From assembly GCA_016296345.1 (NCBI GenBank), contig JAEDJL010000003.1, positions 4,555-68,554 of the forward strand: a DNA stretch of 64,000 bases. Direction: 5' to 3'. How positions within the stretch are numbered: position 1 is the first letter of the stretch; every line of letters begins with the position of its first letter. Below, one piece after another: positions 62,184 through 64,000 of this stretch. The stretch is from Bacteroidales bacterium (GTDB lineage: Bacteria; Bacteroidota; Bacteroidia; Bacteroidales; P3). The position numbers and the translations under genes are program-made. The notes under the pieces were generated by a model that had not been told where the DNA came from, made no database searches, and was given only the letters and a program-made list of their open reading frames with translations.

Positions 62184-63563
62184 ATGAGTAAGATTACAAC
62201 AAAAGAATGTCAGAATGTTGAACACAAACGTAGCTGGCAAGATGAATATCTAAAATGGATTTGTGGATTTGCGAATGCCCAAGGTGCTGTCATGTATTTT
62301 GGGGTAGATGACAACCTTGAAGTATATGGGCTAAAGAACACCAAGAAACTAATGGAAGACATCCCCAACAAAATAGTCAATAGTATGGGATTAGTGGTTG
62401 ATGTAAACCTCTATGAGCAAGATGGATTAGAATATATAGAGGTAACAATATCTCCAAGTAATGTTCCTATCAGTTACAAGGGTAAGTATTATTATCGTTC
62501 CGGCAGTACCATGCAGGAATTGAATGGTTCTGCTTTACAGCAATTCATCTTGAAGAAGATGGGACGTTCATGGGACGACATCACAAATGACCGTGCTACG
62601 ATGGAGGATATAGACCGAAAAGCTGTAGAGTACTTCCTGCGTAAAGGAATAGAAGCTCAACGTATTCCGGAAAGCGAGCTTAATTCATCAACAGAAGAGG
62701 TGCTGACAAACCTAAGACTTGTTGATGATAATGGCTTTCTCAAAAATGCAGCTATCTTACTTTTTGGCAAGAATCCGCTTAAATTTTTCCCAAGCGTCAG
62801 GTTTAAGATTGGTCGCTTTGGAAAAGATGAAGCCGACCTGATGTTCCAAGATGTCATAGAAGGTAATATCATACAAATGGCAGATCGTGTTATGGAAGCT
62901 CTCCAAGCCAAATATCTTGTGTCGCCGGTACGTTTTGAGGGTATGCAACGTTATGAGACATTGGAAATCCCCAAGGAGGCTTTACGAGAAATACTATACA
63001 ATGCCATTGCTCATAAAGACTATACAGGACCGGATATACAAATACATGTCTATAACGACTTAATAGAGATTTGGAACGAAGGTACACTACCTGAGGGGTA
63101 TGATGAAAATGTACTATACAATAAGCATTCTTCCAAACCTCGCAATAGAAATATTGCTGACACAATGTTTAAGGCAGGTTTTATTGATACATGGGGACGT
63201 GGTTACAAAAAGATACGTGACGGATTTGAAATGGCAGGTATGCCTATGCCAAAAGTACAAAACTTCTGTGGTGGTGTGCAGGTTACGATAGAACGAACAC
63301 GATTTATGCAAATGTCAAGTGCAACTAATAATGGCGGTAATTTTGGCGGTAGTGGCGGCAGTTTGGCGGTAGTACAACTATCAGAAAGACAAAGGAGAAT
63401 ATGCAATACGATAAAAGACAATCCCAAAGTAACTGTTGAACAGATGGCATCAGCATTGTCAATAGCAAAGAGAACGTTAGAACGTGAACTATCAGCGTTA
63501 CAGAAAATGGGAGTATTGCTTCGAGAAGGTAATACCAGTGCAGGGCATTGGGTAATCATTTAG
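62184..63563 (+). CDS. AlbA_2 (Schlafen-like) domain / HATPase_c_4 / C-terminal winged-HTH protein (often annotated as RecG-like putative DNA-binding protein)
   Basis: 459 aa. N-terminal E.Q.VE.K.S......KWICGFANAQGAVMYFGVDD...V.G (AlbA_2 pattern), central LREILYNAIAHKDY......I.V......IEIWN.G.LP....PRNRNIADTMFKAGFIDTWGRGYKKI, and a C-terminal HTH (TVEQMASALSIAKRTLERELSALQKMGVL). Confidence 0.75.
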   Translation: MSKITTKECQNVEHKRSWQDEYLKWICGFANAQGAVMYFGVDDNLEVYGLKNTKKLMEDIPNKIVNSMGLVVDVNLYEQDGLEYIEVTISPSNVPISYKGKYYYRSGSTMQELNGSALQQFILKKMGRSWDDITNDRATMEDIDRKAVEYFLRKGIEAQRIPESELNSSTEEVLTNLRLVDDNGFLKNAAILLFGKNPLKFFPSVRFKIGRFGKDEADLMFQDVIEGNIIQMADRVMEALQAKYLVSPVRFEGMQRYETLEIPKEALREILYNAIAHKDYTGPDIQIHVYNDLIEIWNEGTLPEGYDENVLYNKHSSKPRNRNIADTMFKAGFIDTWGRGYKKIRDGFEMAGMPMPKVQNFCGGVQVTIERTRFMQMSSATNNGGNFGGSGGSLAVVQLSERQRRICNTIKDNPKVTVEQMASALSIAKRTLERELSALQKMGVLLREGNTSAGHWVII

Positions 63564-63864
63564 AAATAAAACAAACAACTTTGTTATTACTCACATTGTA
63601 TCGTGGGAAGAAGAAAGCGAAGAATATATCGCCAAATTCACCGAAGAGTAATCTTTTTATAATTTTGTATTCCGCAACACTGATTAGATTTCCGCAAGCA
63701 AATTATTTAACATTTGGCGACCTTTTAAGCCGAAATGCCGGCGATTTTTCGGGGTCGGTCGATGTTCGGGTCGATTTTTTCGAGTATTTGAGCGTTAAGC
63801 AATTATCTGTATTTCAAGTGTTTGCAAAATATGTGTTGATTTGGGTGAAATAAGTGAGGCTTTT

Positions 63865-63961
63865 TTTGAAAAAAGACGAAGTCTTTTGCTCACTAAGTCT
63901 TCGTCTTTTGAGTCGTAAGTCTTCGTCTTTTTTCAAAAAGACTTCATGTTAGTGAGCAAAA
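63865..63961. repeat. Interleaved inverted and direct repeats near the right edge
   Basis: IR1 is tttgaaaaaagacgaag (63865-63881) with cttcgtcttttttcaaa (63921-63937). IR2 is ttttgctcactaa (63884-63896) with ttagtgagcaaaa (63949-63961). The direct repeat aagtcttcgtctttt occurs at about 63896 and 63917. Confidence 0.75.
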
Positions 63962-64000
63962 ACCCTTATGTTGTTGCAGCAAGACTAAACCTTGCTCCGA

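Noticed and set aside
53995-64000. Calling the 55-64 kb region a mobile genetic element, prophage or integrative element
   Set aside because: No integrase, transposase, tRNA-adjacent att site, target-site duplication or phage/conjugation gene is visible. Only direct repeats and compositional shifts are present, so it is reported as a candidate variable cassette, not as a mobile element.

Overview
This is a chromosomal segment with Bacteroidota (Bacteroidales-like) hallmarks. TAnnTTTG -7 promoter boxes sit close to start codons and there are no obvious Shine-Dalgarno sites. Other markers are T9SS C-terminal sorting domains, TonB-dependent receptors with CarboxypepD_reg N-termini, DPP-IV and DUF3098. 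About 0-55 kb is densely packed housekeeping and metabolic DNA: tsaB, tRNA-Leu, tsaC, ribF, phoH, rnhA, holA, pabABC, kamDE lysine-fermentation genes, mutL, efp, tilS, a CAT-anticodon tRNA, dnaA, sufS, pyrE, lysC, ftsX-DUF3098-uppP-truB and trkH. It also holds one DpnII/MboI-type M-R-M restriction-modification operon. About 55-64 kb looks accessory. There, a membrane-anchored AraC regulator is followed by two direct copies of a ~200-nt structured repeat. These bracket a two-gene cassette (a beta-helix-like secreted protein plus a 1588-aa mosaic T9SS cargo with near-identical tandem repeats), and an AlbA_2/Schlafen-like ATPase gene follows. The most striking signal not explained by genes is a dispersed ~84-nt composite repeat. 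It is built from four exactly 21-nt-phased units with core AAAACG[C/G]CGTTT, is present at 13 loci, and sits in frame inside two coding sequences. Other second-look items are a T7 tract that splits the signal peptide from an M28 peptidase, an A17 tract in an OMP promoter, a (GCAAA)5 microsatellite in a long structured leader, and a partial lysine-fermentation cluster. No CRISPR array, rRNA, transposase or integrase was seen. All motif coordinates were counted by hand (about +/-2 nt), and all functions are inferred from remembered family signatures, not database searches.
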